Source: Lepidodermella squamata
Taxonomy: Eukaryota > Animalia > Gastrotricha
Direction of reading: 5' to 3'
Length of the DNA stretch: 64,000 bases
Assembly: GCA_047495785.1 (NCBI GenBank)
Contig: JBLDXI010000013.1
Location: 186,001-250,000, forward strand
Shown one piece after another: positions 38,656-51,049 of this stretch. Below the pieces are notes generated by a model, which was not told the DNA's origin, did not search any database, and saw nothing but the letters and a program-made list of their open reading frames with translations. The translations under genes and the position numbers were made by a program. Each line of letters opens with the position of its first letter. Position 1 is the stretch's first letter.

Positions 38656-38753
38656 GAGATCTAGAATCGATTGTCATGTTTTATAAATTAAATCCAATCA
38701 ATCATAAAGTTGAGGACTAGCAGTTAGGTCAGTAAATTCACTGGCAGTTGAGT

Positions 38754-40347
38754 TCACAGGTAATCCTTGATAAACTTTAGAATATCTTCGAGACCTTTTT
38801 TAGACGCGCGAGTTTCAGTAGAGTTCATCATCGCAACAACGGAGGGCTCACTATGTGTGGCGCTGTACAAAAAGCTGAGATGAGAGTCCCTTCCAAGACG
38901 GCGAAGACGATCGTGAAAAAGCAAGGCTTCGTCTCGCATCGCATCATATTCGGCTACAGTAATTAACGTAGGAGCCAAAGCTGCAAGCTTTGAATTGGTG
39001 GACAGCATCGGCCAAGCCTGCTCACTGATCGCTAATTCACGAATTTTGGCAAGGTGTTCCTTTGGCTGGTGATCTGAGTCTAATTTTAAATGGCTGATGT
39101 CGCTGTAAGATTGATCGCGGATCAGCGATTTGATATCATCGCTCAAGGTTGATACGTCGAGCAATTTCCTGTATCGATCCTAGCATTACATTTACATGTT
39201 AAGAACAAAAACCTGATGATGACCCGCTTTCATACCAAATCGCTCTGAGTCACATACAGGTTCTTTAGAAGATCCGCCTCGATGGAGCGAGAGTAGGCAG
39301 AAGCAGCATACTTAGCGAGTAAAAAGTGAACAGGCACTAAATCAATAAAATGAGCCATAACTCCATTTGATTTGAATGATATACATACTTAGAAACATAG
39401 GACCGTAGAGCTTATGCGATGGAATAGAGTACATGTCAACCGTTTGCAACATCGGTGAAAGCAGGATGATTCCTTTGAGTTTCGGCAAGTTATTTGTATT
39501 AGCCAGCTCAACGCCGACTACGGCAGCTAAATTTCCACCCGCACTGTCTCCGCCAACCTGGAAATCATCAATGCGTTATCAATCTTAAAAAAGCTTGAGT
39601 TTAAGAGCAACCATAATTCGATTCGGGTCAATGTTAAGCGAGTCAGCTTTCGCGAAGACATCCTTCGCAACCTGCTCCGATTAAACGTAAAATGTTGGGC
39701 AAGTTTTCAGATTATCATCCAACTTGCCCTAATAACATCTTCATTCGCCGCGGGAAACGGGAACTCAGGCGCTAGGCGGTAGTCTGCTGATATAACAACA
39801 ACTCCAGCCTCTTCAGCTAAACGTTGAGTCCATAAATACGAGTCAGAAGCTCGATTAAAGATGAAACCGCCGCCGTGAAACCAAATTAATGCTGGAGCTT
39901 TTTGATTGGCCAGCTTGGATTGCCTGTATGAAAATAGTCATTAAAGGTGTCAAAAAGCACTGGTCAGCTGACCTGAATATCCATGTTGTCATTCCGCCTA
40001 AAATCGTCGAGTTATCAACGATCATATTAGGAGAGCGGAGACCCTCGAAATCTCGTCTGCCAAAGAGCTTCCGCATTACGTCACGCTGAGTGACCGCCGA
40101 GTCGTCTAAGAATAATGCCATCAGGTTATTTGATGAGAACACTACGGAATTACTCACCTAAGTAGTTGTATTCTTCGGCAATGACGATCAGCCTGAATAT
40201 TGCACCAAAAGCGCCCATACCCAAACGTCTTCCCAACGTCATGTTTTCTATGCCATCGGGAAAGTCAGGTGTTATACGATAGAGTCCAACGGCAAGCAAG
40301 CCAATGGCTACGCTGACGTAAAATAGGCTTTTTCGTAAAAATGCCAT
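38754..40347 (-). CDS. AADAC/HSL-family esterase, copy G (intron-rich, one GC-AG intron)
   Basis: Motifs WFHGGG, DYRLAPEFPFP, GGDSAGG, EYDAMRDE and ATH. Introns include 39972-39924, 39727-39672 (GC-AG) and 39611-39558. Confidence 0.88.
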
Positions 40348-40697
40348 TAAAGAATGTGTACCTAAGGTCTACGCGCAAAAAGTCAGCATTTATTGGCAAT
40401 AAATAATCATTTTTACTATTTTCAATCTCCGACAAGCTCGTTCATGTACTTAGCATTATAACGGATGATGATAAAATCAGCGAGAAACTAAAGGCGTGCA
40501 TTGCGAAAGCAGGCAGCTGTTTTGGCGCGATGAGTAAATTGCGCACCGGAAATCATCATGTCTCACTGGCCATCGGGAAGAGAAATAAAACTTTCTATTT
40601 CAATTTCAATCTCAATCTCAAACACAACAGTTCAAAAGATGTCGATGGAAAAATAGTGCTCTAGCGCATAAAAGTCACCGGTTAAATAGTCGCATAT

Positions 40698-42065
40698 TTA
40701 GTTTTTAGCTTTTTCAACAATGAACTGTACAACTCCTTCAATTGATTGTTTAGCGGCACTTGTCCCTCTGCCCATACCGTCCGTCATGGCTTCTACATGC
40801 ATCGAGTCTTTGATAAAACTGGCCTGAACATCAACGCCCAGCGAACGTAGACGATGAGCAAATAAGATCTCTTCATCACGCAGCGGATCAAATTGACTGT
40901 ACTGAATGAGAACCGGGCTTTTAGCAAGCTGCAAAAAAATGAAACGGCATTGGGTAAGTGTTGATTCAATCTCCAGCGACTACCTTTTTAAGTGTTTCAT
41001 CGTCAGCCAAAAACGGCCAAGCTCGCTTATTCATGGAAATAGATCTGACCGCAACGCTGTCAGGATCGTTTTCATCGAACTCCACTGCTGGCTTAACAGG
41101 AAAAGCTGTGTCTTTATAGACGATGTGATCGCTGATCCTGAATTCCTCGGGTAGCTGAGAAATTGCGTAATGTTTTGCCATCTGCTTTTGAAACTCGACG
41201 GGAACATGGCTGTTCGATTCGATCAATTTTTGTACTTTGGCCGAATATGTTTCAACGCCTATAAGAAACAGTATGAATGGTTGGAATTAATAAAGTATGC
41301 TATCCTATTAACGATCAGCTTACCAGCATAGTTAGCCAGGAACACTTCTAGCCTTATCGGAAAATTTTTGTAGAAGTGCTGATAGCTCGGAAGCCGCAAG
41401 TTGACGACCTGAAGCCAAGGCGAAATCAGTACAATTCCCTTCAATGTGAAACGTTGCGGTAGTTCTAGAGCAGTTAGCACAACTAGATTGCCACCTGCAC
41501 TATCTCCAGCGATGAACAACTTCGTTTTATCGACTCCATACTTTTCTGCACGCTCAAATATCGCGATGGATGCCTTCAATGTATCTTCAATCCCGCTCGG
41601 AAAGGGGTGCTTGGGCGCCAAACGGTAGTCGATAGAGAAAATTGTCGCATTTGTTTTGAGAGCTATTGCTTCCGTGAGCTTAAAATGAGTGTGCACACTG
41701 CATAGAGCGAAGGCTCCGCCGTGTATGTATATTATGCCACTTGACATTTTCTCAGCTGTCTTCGGCTTAATGATTAAAACTGGGACTTCATTAATAACCT
41801 CAGTATGAACTTCGACGTTCTCATTCGAATATTGCTCATCTGTTTTCTCTAGATAGGAGAAGATGTTTTGAAATACGTTGGCTATAGGTGGGGCCAGCCC
41901 AAGACGCTGCAAGCCAACCAATAATCCAAATTGTATCTGTACCACTCCGTCCATGAAGCCTCGAAAGAACCTATCTTCGAGAGTATCAGGGTGCTTGATC
42001 ATGATTTGCCACGTTCCGATCGCCAAAAGAGCTGCAACAATTGAAAGTTTGATGGCAATGCCCAT
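40698..42065 (-). CDS. AADAC/HSL-family esterase, copy H
   Basis: Motifs HGGA, GDSAGG, FDPLRDE and SMH. Two introns. Close paralog of D and E. Confidence 0.92.
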
Positions 42066-42453
42066 TTCGGCCAAAATAATTGGACAAATAATCCTACGAA
42101 AGAAGAATATTGTATTTGCAGACAGCTTCAAAGAATTTGGCTACTGTTCGTTTCACACTAGAAACTATAGTGGCGCTTCACCCCAGCAGTTGCAATTAAA
42201 GCGCAACCCCGAAAAGTTTCGTGCTCACGAAAATTTTGCACTAGTATATAGTATATAAGATGCACGCCGAGAAAGGGGCCATATTTCTCATGCCATAGAA
42301 TAAAAAAGGTGAGTTGCGTAATAACAAAGAAAAGCCAGCGGTTTTTTATATAATGCTTAAGTAATACGCTTCGGCCCTTTTCTTGGTATGTCTTTCTTCT
42401 ATAACTTCTATGTATAAAAGATATTGTTCACCGTGATAGGTAATTCATGCCCC

Positions 42454-42841
42454 CTTGCACTTCGTTATTTAGGTATCAAGCTCAGCTCAAGGTACGCTCA
42501 GCGTATTCACACCTTAGCTTAGCGTACAAGCTCAGCGAGCTAACCTTATCAGCTCAGCTTACTAGCGAGCAAGATAAGCTTAGCTGACAAGCTGAGCGTA
42601 GTGGAATATTGAGTTCGAGTATATTGGCTGTAGTTGAACACGCTGAGTTTGTACGCTGGGCTTGTCTCCGATCAGCTTGTCAGCCAAGCTTATTAATGAC
42701 ATTATAAGCTAAGCTGTCAAGCTGAGATGAGCTGGCTATTTATTAAGCTGAGCTGGCTTGGCTGAGCTTGTTCATGGTTTAGCTGAGCAAGCTTCAAGCT
42801 GAGCTGACTATGAGCTTATTACCTAAATAACGAAGTGCAAG
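42454..42841. mobile_element. MITE-like element with 22-bp perfect terminal inverted repeats and an AGCT/GCTCAGC-rich interior
   Basis: CTTGCACTTCGTTATTTAGGTA at 42454-42475 and its reverse complement at 42820-42841. The interior is built of AAGCT, GCTGAGC and GCTCAGC units. Confidence 0.85.
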
Positions 42842-43053
42842 ACGGCTAATGCATCGAGGTTTGAAGACTTTATAGTATGTCCTGAAATTATCTTTCTAAA
42901 ATATACTGACATTCAACCCAGTAACCAATGTTAACTGAGGAACGATAAGAAAAGAGGTCAAAAAAGATGTACGGCTAAAAAGGTATATTTTTGACCCCTA
43001 CCCCGCTAATGTTACACTTGTCGAACCCACTCCTTTGCGGTGACTTTGCACAG

Positions 43054-43388
43054 TGGGGTGACTTTGACATATCAAAAATCGAAGGCGGACAGGTAACGAC
43101 CTCATATGAAAGGGGTACCGTAGGATAGCTCAAAAAGGGCCAGTCTGGATAGGTACAATGCACATCAACGCAACCTATTTCGGGACAACAAATTAAAGGT
43201 AAGGTTAATATTGTCGAAATTTTTCATTTTCAATAGAACGTCCGTCGCTGCTCTACCGAATCTGCCTCATATAAATTGAAATTATATGCCATTTTCGGAG
43301 AACCCGTCTTTCAGGCTATCCAACGGTACCCAACTCTTGGGGTCTTTACCTTTTCATCTTCGATTTTTGATATGCCAAAGTCACCCCA
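43054..43388. mobile_element. Fold-back or MITE-like element
   Basis: A 31-bp inverted repeat with one mismatch (43054-43084 and 43358-43388), plus inner inverted blocks GGGTACCGTAGGATAGC and GCTATCCAACGGTACCC. Confidence 0.75.
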
Positions 43389-44508
43389 TTTTGGATTGCT
43401 AATGTCACCCCGCTGTTACAAAGTCTCCCAAATTACGGTACATCAGTTTTCGCTTATTTTTCATTCAATTTTGCATAGGCAGTATGACATTGCTCCTCTC
43501 GCCCTATAATGCAACTTTTCCCCTTTTACCCACCCATTTTCTGCTGAGAACGAGTTTTTGCCTCATATCTTATTGTGTTATCGCGGCGCGGCGCAGTAGT
43601 TTTATAAATACCTCATGGTTATGAAGTTATTGGAAAATGCGAGGCAAGAAGTTATTACGCATACTTCAGCATATTTCAACTCGAATGGTCGTCTATTCTT
43701 CTTTTTTCTATTCGATTGACCTAATTCGCTCGATTATGAATTTTCAGTGTTGTGGTACCTAGTAAGCGAGAAAATCAAGCGTATAGCAGCTGAAATTTTC
43801 CACTTCCACTCTAATTCTTGTGTTAATCATGTGCGAGCAGGATAACGAAAGTTGTGAGTAGGCTTATTGCGATCTATGGTTTCATTATGTTAGATATCAT
43901 CCTTAGCAATTATGTTATGTTGATTTTAGCAGCAGTTTATTATATTATTATTACGTGCACTGGAACTGGCTGGCCAAGTTTCCATGTCAGTGTCCATAAC
44001 CTGGGCCAACCTGGGCTCGTTATCTGCGGCCATCTACCGTTAATATTTTCATATTTTAGATATCACTAACAAAACAAAAACAACATGGGGAAAAATATCG
44101 TTGTTTCTTTAATGACACATCTCTTTGCCAGTTTCATCAGATACAATAGACAACAAAACGATAATAGACTCAAAGTATAATCATGTAATCAGCTCCATCG
44201 ACGGAGAAGAAAATCGGTGAATCACAACCCTATAACACGAAAGTGCCCGCAATAAATTAAACTATTCATTAAATGAAGATATGTAGAAAACTGAAATTAC
44301 GAGAAGCGGTGTGGAGTCTCTGATTATCTTAAAACGGAGTTTGCTTCATTTCTACTATCCGTCGAAATTGAACATAATATCATAATAACACGGAATGCAA
44401 GCTGTAATGCACAATTCCTTCATTGCGGTGATTTTTAATCGAGAGTAAAACGTTAATACAAATAAGTGTTGGCCACGTTCCAAGTTAGAAAATAGATAAC
44501 AATTCATG

Positions 44509-47500
44509 TTACTGAGCTTTACTGCTCACTGTGGTAGGCGAGCAAATCGGACATAGAATGACATCTGCTTTCTCAGTTCCTGTCTGCTTTTTGGTAGCTT
44601 GCGATGTAGACATCGAACGCGAAGAATTTGTTCGAGTTACCGCTGCTTTGTCGCCAGAGGCGGCAGGCGCCGCTGCAGAGGAGGTACTGGTGCAACATGC
44701 AGGGTGCGCGATGTGATCGCAGCTATTACAAACGAGTGAAATTACATGAACACCTAAATGAAACAAAAATAAAATTCTTACCAGAAAATGAGAACTTGAT
44801 CGTCGTCTGGCGTTCTTTTGCATATAACACACCGCAGTGCGTTTACATTTAAGCGGATGCCCCGAGACCCGACAATGCGGAACTGGCGGAAGGCACTCGA
44901 AAGCTCATCTGCGTAAATACCACGCATAGACGAGAATAAGTTGACTTCGTCGTCACTCAGAGAAAAAACAGTTGACAACAGGCGCCGTATGGAACCAAGA
45001 CACGCGGGAGGCCGATTGGCTGCCGAGTTGTCGGACGGGGCGCGCAGGACTGCTTCGATAATAACCGCCGGGCTGAAAACGGAACACAGTGCGCTGACTA
45101 CGGATGAAAGACGCGGGGAGGCCGCTGATTCGGTTTCGAGAACGCAAAACAAATCGGCCAAAAGTTGCGACGGCACACTTGGGCTGAAATCGGCGCTGAC
45201 CGACTTGGCTTTCGCTGATATTCTCAACAAGCGGCGCATAGCCACGTCAAGTTTATGAGCCGCCCAAACTGATGCGGTTTCCGTAATCGCCAAATTTAGC
45301 CACCGCTTTATACCTCGTAGCGCCATCAGAATTGCATCGTTACTGTGCCCGTCCTCGACAAGTAACAGGGCTTCGGCGAAGGAGCCGTCGATTGCTTTGT
45401 CGGGGCCACGGACTGAAGAGCTAGCTTTCGATCGTTTTTGGGAAGCTATTCTTAGACAATCGCTGATCATTTGAGGTGGAATAGCTCGAACACATGCTTC
45501 GATTTGCTCATCGTCCTCCTCTATATCGTCCTCGGTATTTTCCATTTCTTTGAATGCTGCGTCTGGATCAGCGAGGTGAGCAGCTAATTGCTCACACTCA
45601 ATCTGAGCCGCTAAAGTAACTCGCTCGGCTAACAATTTAGGCTCGAGCTGCCGGCGTATCTTGATCAGTATTGTGTAGAGCAAACGAGGACTTGAATGGC
45701 GAAGCTGATCGAGGAAAGCCTCGCGCCGGCGGTCGTCGTCCCACAGGAAGTCGGAGACAAAACGGGCGGCTCGCACGCTGTCCGCTGCGACCAGTTGCTT
45801 CGCGAACGAACAGCAAACGTCCAGAAGAGCAGCCCGGTCGTTACTGGCCAAGTTGACACCCTGCGGGGAGGGAGTCGGCAAAGAAGCCTCCAAATTAGCA
45901 GCCTGGCCGAGGCTTTCAATCAAAAAGTCGAAAACTCGAGGCAACCAGGCTGGTACCGAGAAGAAGTAGCGCAGCATTATCGCTCGCCAGCCATGGCGCA
46001 TGCAGATAGCGGCGGCGAAATCGTAAAAAGATGCCTGTTCGGCCAACGCCAATAACTCGGCATCGGAACAGTAACCTTCGAGCATATTAGCACGAAATAA
46101 GACAAACAACGCTGCTTCGGCACGAGGATCGCCGTAAACGCTAAACAATCCACGAACAAGGTTAGAGAACCCATCGCCGAACAGCTTCGCTTGGCGTCCT
46201 GCAGAAACCGTCAACTCTTGCACGGCGAATGTATAACAGGCAATCCGAACATTGTTCATTCCATCTTTAAACGAAATAAATTCAAAACTTGTTGACTTTT
46301 AAATAATACCTATACAAACCATTCTTTTGAGCAGATAGTAAGCTGTCGTGCATAGAGATAGGCTCGGTTGGTGTTTTAAGGTTGTTGTTGGCTGCTCCTG
46401 TACCAATCGAGTCCAAAATCTCGAAAATAATGTCAACTAAAAGTTGTCTCCGCGAGTTCCATGCAGCGCCGATATCAGGCGATTCCGAAGAACCGGCAGC
46501 TGAATCTAGGACAGCAGATAGAAGTGACAGCAGCCGATCTGGCGCTGCGATCAGCAGAGCTTTGAGGTAGGCGTAGGTTGAAGGCGACGTCAAACTGGTG
46601 TCTTTGCCATTAGCGATCGGAAATTCGGCAGAAACAGCTGACGAAGGCAGGCGTGAGCACAATACGTCGAATGCATCTAAGCGATCTTGCTCAGTCAATG
46701 TTGGGCACGGCTGCCGCGATGGGTAATAAAGACGAGCGAGTAAGCAGTCGATAAAATCGAGTAACACAGCAATAGCCGCGTGAGGCTCGGCAGTGTTCGG
46801 AGAGAACGAACTGGGTGAAAATGACGAAGCGTGACTAGCCAGAGAAATGGAAGATTTCCGAGTCGACTCCGAGTATGGCTTTTGATTTGGATTAGCCGCA
46901 GCTTTAAATTGCGCCACGACAACACAGTCTAACAGGGCAGTTAGTGGTGTTTTCCAGTCAACTAGAGCCTCCAAGTACAACCTAATGTACGGCATGTAAA
47001 GCGCATTTTTCAACGTGAATCTAATGGCTCTGTCCAAATCCAGCGAGGTAACATGAACGAAGCATAAAAACTGCGACAGGTCTTCAAACCGCGACCGATT
47101 CGCTGCCAAAGTGTCGAAAACCAGCTGGACAACCTGAGGTGGCAGCCAGTTATTGGCGAGTGACTGCTGGTCCGTAAGTTGCGTTTTGACGAAAGAAAGC
47201 AGATTGTCCACGAACATGGATCGAACTTCAGGAGCCTGTATGGATGATGCTATCGAAGATATCACATCGGGCATAGCCACCAATTTCTCCATACATATTG
47301 ACAAGAGCTCCGAGATAGACTTCAATTCGTTAGGACTCAATTCGCTCTGATGGCTCGCAGCGAAATCGCCGAGTAATTCTATCATTTTGTCGTCCAGCCA
47401 TGTGGGGCGTACGGCGGCTGGACCCTTGTAAGAATTCAGCAAAATTTGAACCGCGGCTTGACGGTCACCAAGCTCACAGAGCTGTTTTACACGATCGGCC

Positions 47501-49094
47501 AAAGCTCGAGGAGTGAGGACATGCACTCCCGTAGTCCCGAGAATAAAAAGCTGCCCATTTGAGCAAGCAAGTGAAGAATAACAAGCTCGCTCGCCGACAG
47601 CCGCCATTGCGCGACTGACAGAACTTCCAGTAGCGGTAGCTTTGAAGAACGATCCAGATGCATAAATTATGCCTACACCTGAAAGGTCAATTGAATGCAT
47701 TCGTGTTGGGATTGAGGAGGAATCCGTTAGAGTTGCCGTGGAAAGCACGTGCAATCGCTCGTCGGCGTCAAGTGCTAACTGAAAATCTGTCTTTGGCCAA
47801 CACATCCATAAAATATCAGCCGGAAGCTGCAGGGCAGTACGGGAGGTATCTGGCAGAAATTCAGCAAAACATCATCTAGTTATTTCAATTTATTAGAAGA
47901 AAACATACCGGCCCACTGGCTAACTGAAAGACGTGCTGTCGCTTTGGAGCCAGACAACAGGAAATACTTCAGCAGAGATCCCCGCACAACGCAAAGACGG
48001 AAGACAAAAGAGGAGTCACTTCGCTTAGACGCAACTTGGCTAGTTTGCTGGGCAAGGTTCGGACTCAGCGATGGACACCAACAAGATACTGGCGGAGCAG
48101 TCAAATCTCCAGGTGGCATGTCGACGCGCATCAGCTTAGCTATGCTGCCCGCCGAAGGTGAAAATGCAGAGACGATCACACTAGCCACAGTTACTATGAC
48201 GACTACCACCGAATCAACAAACGGAAGGCGCTTGGTACAGTGCTGCAAATTCGCGCAACTGAGAACATCGAAGTATAGGGCTTCTCCTCGAGCACCAGAA
48301 AAGAGAAGCCTTGACAGGCAGGATGAAGATGAAGTTGAACTACTACCGCCGAATGAAAGAGCAAATACGCTTCCTGAAGCATCGCTAACAACAGCAATGG
48401 GTAGCAGCGGCGTGAAGCGAGCGTGGAGGATGGGGCAGTCAGGGAGGTGAAAGTCATTAGCTGAGACTAATAAGCGTGCCGATACCACATCCCATAATGC
48501 AACCTGAAATAGCAGCAAAAAGAATATTGCAAAATAATAAAGAACAAGTAACAAACATGTCCCCGCGCATGTCCGGCCAGTAACCTGTCTCCGGTAGCCG
48601 AGAAAGTTAGGCAAGAAACCGCACCGTAATCGTTCAAGCGCCTATCAGCTAAGCAGCACTTGAGCACTTGCTTTGAATCAAAGATCAAAACAACGCTAGT
48701 ACTAGTACCGACTGCTAGGTAAGACGAAACGGTGATAGCAGTTGGGCGCCCTAGAGAAGTGCGGTCTCGCAGCCGCTCCAGTTGTGATGATACAGCGTGA
48801 AGTATGACGTGTCTCAAAAGCGGGCTTCGTTCAGGGGGCAGGTTAGTATTCGAAGATGAATATTCATTATTTTCCTCAAATTCATCACAGCTTAAAAACC
48901 AGTGAAAAATGTAAAGAACCTTGAAGCGGCAATCAAATTATACCTACCTTTGATTTCCCAGATCCGATCCTAGATCGGAAGTGCTGTCGGATGCTATGGC
49001 AATTTTTGCGGACACCGCGAAATTCGACTAACAAAATGTGCGCATATGAGGACACAAAATTATCTCAACTTCAAGCCTACCTTCTTGCCACCAT
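44509..49094 (-). CDS. VPS8: Vacuolar protein sorting 8 (CORVET subunit)
   Basis: Beta-propeller start LRHVILHAVSSQL..GRPTAITVSSYLAVGTS; FFKATATGSSVSRAM; helical LDLD..I region; C-terminal RING-like CVIC..CDH..H..C..CPIC. Multi-exon. The start at 49094 is tentative. Confidence 0.88.
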
Positions 49095-49976
49095 CGTAAA
49101 CCAATGTCGAGTCGTTGATTGAATCGGTTGAATCGTCCATTTACTGTTTTCCCATTCAAAACATCTCGGCAATACGGAAAAATCCGCTAAAAATCGTGAT
49201 TTATAATTAAACAAATTAAACAGTATACTAGATCCAAAGTTGATAAATAGATGTATGCTAGCCCTTGCATATGCAACCGCAAAAAATAGCACACCTATAC
49301 ATTTAACAGTGCCCTATCCGGCTCTAATACAATAGTATACTACTGTATCTTTATATCAATATTCAGGGACGGTGCCAGGGTTCTGCGAGCAGAGAACGAA
49401 CGCGAACGAAGCGTTTCTAAGCATAATATATCAAGGCTAGCTTGGGAACGCTTCAATTTAGGCCCTCTTCCCCATACATACATCTGGGACCGCTATTGAC
49501 AACAGGTATGTATTATGGCCGGACTTTTTGGCGACTGAAATCTGAAACGCATTTATTGGTGGACTAAACAGCCCATTCGCCAGTTTCCCGACGATATACT
49601 TGGGCTTCAAGTAAAAGTTATAACTCAGATTCTACTCAAAGGTGCTGTTTGGCACAGGCTATGTGGCAAAATCAATACAACAGCTTTACTTCGACCTCTG
49701 ACATATTGATAAAGGTGTTACTTCGCCGAAAACAATCGACAATCCAATTTCAAAAAATTGATAGCGAAATTGATAGCACTGTTCCAGGTATTTATGTCAC
49801 GATGTAGATAAGTACTTTAGGTGGTGCTGTTGATGTGATACACATTTCACAGGTAGACCTTCTCGGGCCATCTGACATCTGACATGTTTCCTCAGACCTT
49901 CGACGAAATTGCGAGCCATTCAATTTAAGAGCAATTCGACCACTTTCAAGTGGGCTGGAGGCAGTATGAGGATTTA

Positions 49977-50010
49977 TGGTTGAGGTTAGGGTTAGGCTCA
50001 GGGCTAGGGG
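49977..50010 (+). repeat. Short degenerate GGTTAG/TTAGGG-like tract, probably within a decayed repeat element
   Basis: Sequence ggttgaggttagggttaggctcagggctagggg, with nearby inverted TGGCCCGC and GCGGGCCA at about 50024 and 50268. Confidence 0.45.
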
Positions 50011-50452
50011 TCGGGATAAAAAATGGCCCGCTTTCGCATGTCCCGCCAACTTTAAATACGTTTTCCTTCGCTCTTCACTGTTTCTCATATCGAGAAGTCA
50101 GCTACAAGTAGGACAGGGGCTTTGCCGTGCAGATCTGCCTGAATGCCTGAGTAGCTTGAAGTTTTGCACTGTTCTTCAACTTCCACCAAGCAAAATCCAA
50201 TGACTTTCGACAAACAGATCGCGGCCGGCCACTATATTTATTTTTGAGGTTTTGCGATGGACAAAATGCGGGCCACTCACTTTCGCGGGTAAACTTATGA
50301 CACAAATTAGTTTAAATGTAGCAAAAATAAGTTATAATTATATTTACAAATAATTTGACATGTTTGACTTTTCTTTTGACATGATTCATGAAAATGGAGG
50401 GTGGGTAAGGCAAACTCTGAAAGGGCTCTTCTCATTGGTCGGATTTGTTAGC

Positions 50453-50461
50453 TGATGCAAT
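50453..50461 (+). promoter_or_regulatory. C/EBP-ATF (CARE/AARE) consensus upstream of the ATF4-like gene
   Basis: Exact TGATGCAAT, with an inverted CCAAT (ATTGG) at 50434-50438. Confidence 0.4.
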
Positions 50462-50819
50462 TTTTTGTCAACCCTATGATTCACCGCTCACCTTTGGTAG
50501 TGGTAATGCTGTTGCGTATTTAGTCAGTGCGTTTTTCAATATTTCGTCATTCGCGATAGTTTTTTGAGCGCTAACTCTTAAATCATTTCAATACGCCGAG
50601 TGAAGAAAAAAGTATTGTGGTATTCGAGAGTCAATATTGAGCTGTCACTCGTCTATATTCTTTATTGCTTTGTTTATTGATCTGAAGTCTGAAGTATTCT
50701 GCTATTGATTCAATCATATTATAAAACCTCTTACAACCTCAAACTTGCTGTACTATTGTTGTTTCGATGAAATTGTTCAACTGTTAACTGTTTCTTATTT
50801 TAATCAGCTTAATTTATTA

Positions 50820-50834
50820 ATGATGGTTTACTAA
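50820..50834 (+). promoter_or_regulatory. uORF1 of the ATF4-like mRNA, (M)MVY*
   Basis: ATG ATG GTT TAC TAA, just after an acceptor ending at 50807. Confidence 0.75.
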
Positions 50835-50935
50835 AACTTGCCTTGCAAAGTTAAGACTTTGCCGCCAGACACCACCAAGGTATGGAAATTATCTCTATCA
50901 TGGAGCATTAGCTGTCATTTCTTGTTTGCGTTAAG

Positions 50936-51049
50936 ATGTATTTGGAAATGACTGTTTGCGCAATCAACCATGGAGGACACCGACTGTATTCTCAACGAGT
51001 TTTTCGGTGGGGTCGAGAACCCTACCGGTTGCAACATGTGGACGGATGA
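50936..51049 (+). promoter_or_regulatory. uORF2 (37 codons) overlapping the ATF4-like CDS out of frame
   Basis: ATG at 50936 directly follows 5'UTR intron 50880-50935. It starts 34 nt upstream of the main ATG and ends at TGA 51047-51049. Confidence 0.8.

Noticed and set aside
24037-42065. Esterase array as a recent horizontal transfer from bacteria
   Set aside because: The genes have introns and AADAC-like N-terminal anchors, and animals have native GDXG esterases. There is no positive evidence for transfer without a phylogeny.
49977-50010. Telomere or interstitial telomeric array
   Set aside because: Only one or two perfect TTAGGG units are present, which fits a degenerate tract within a repeat better.
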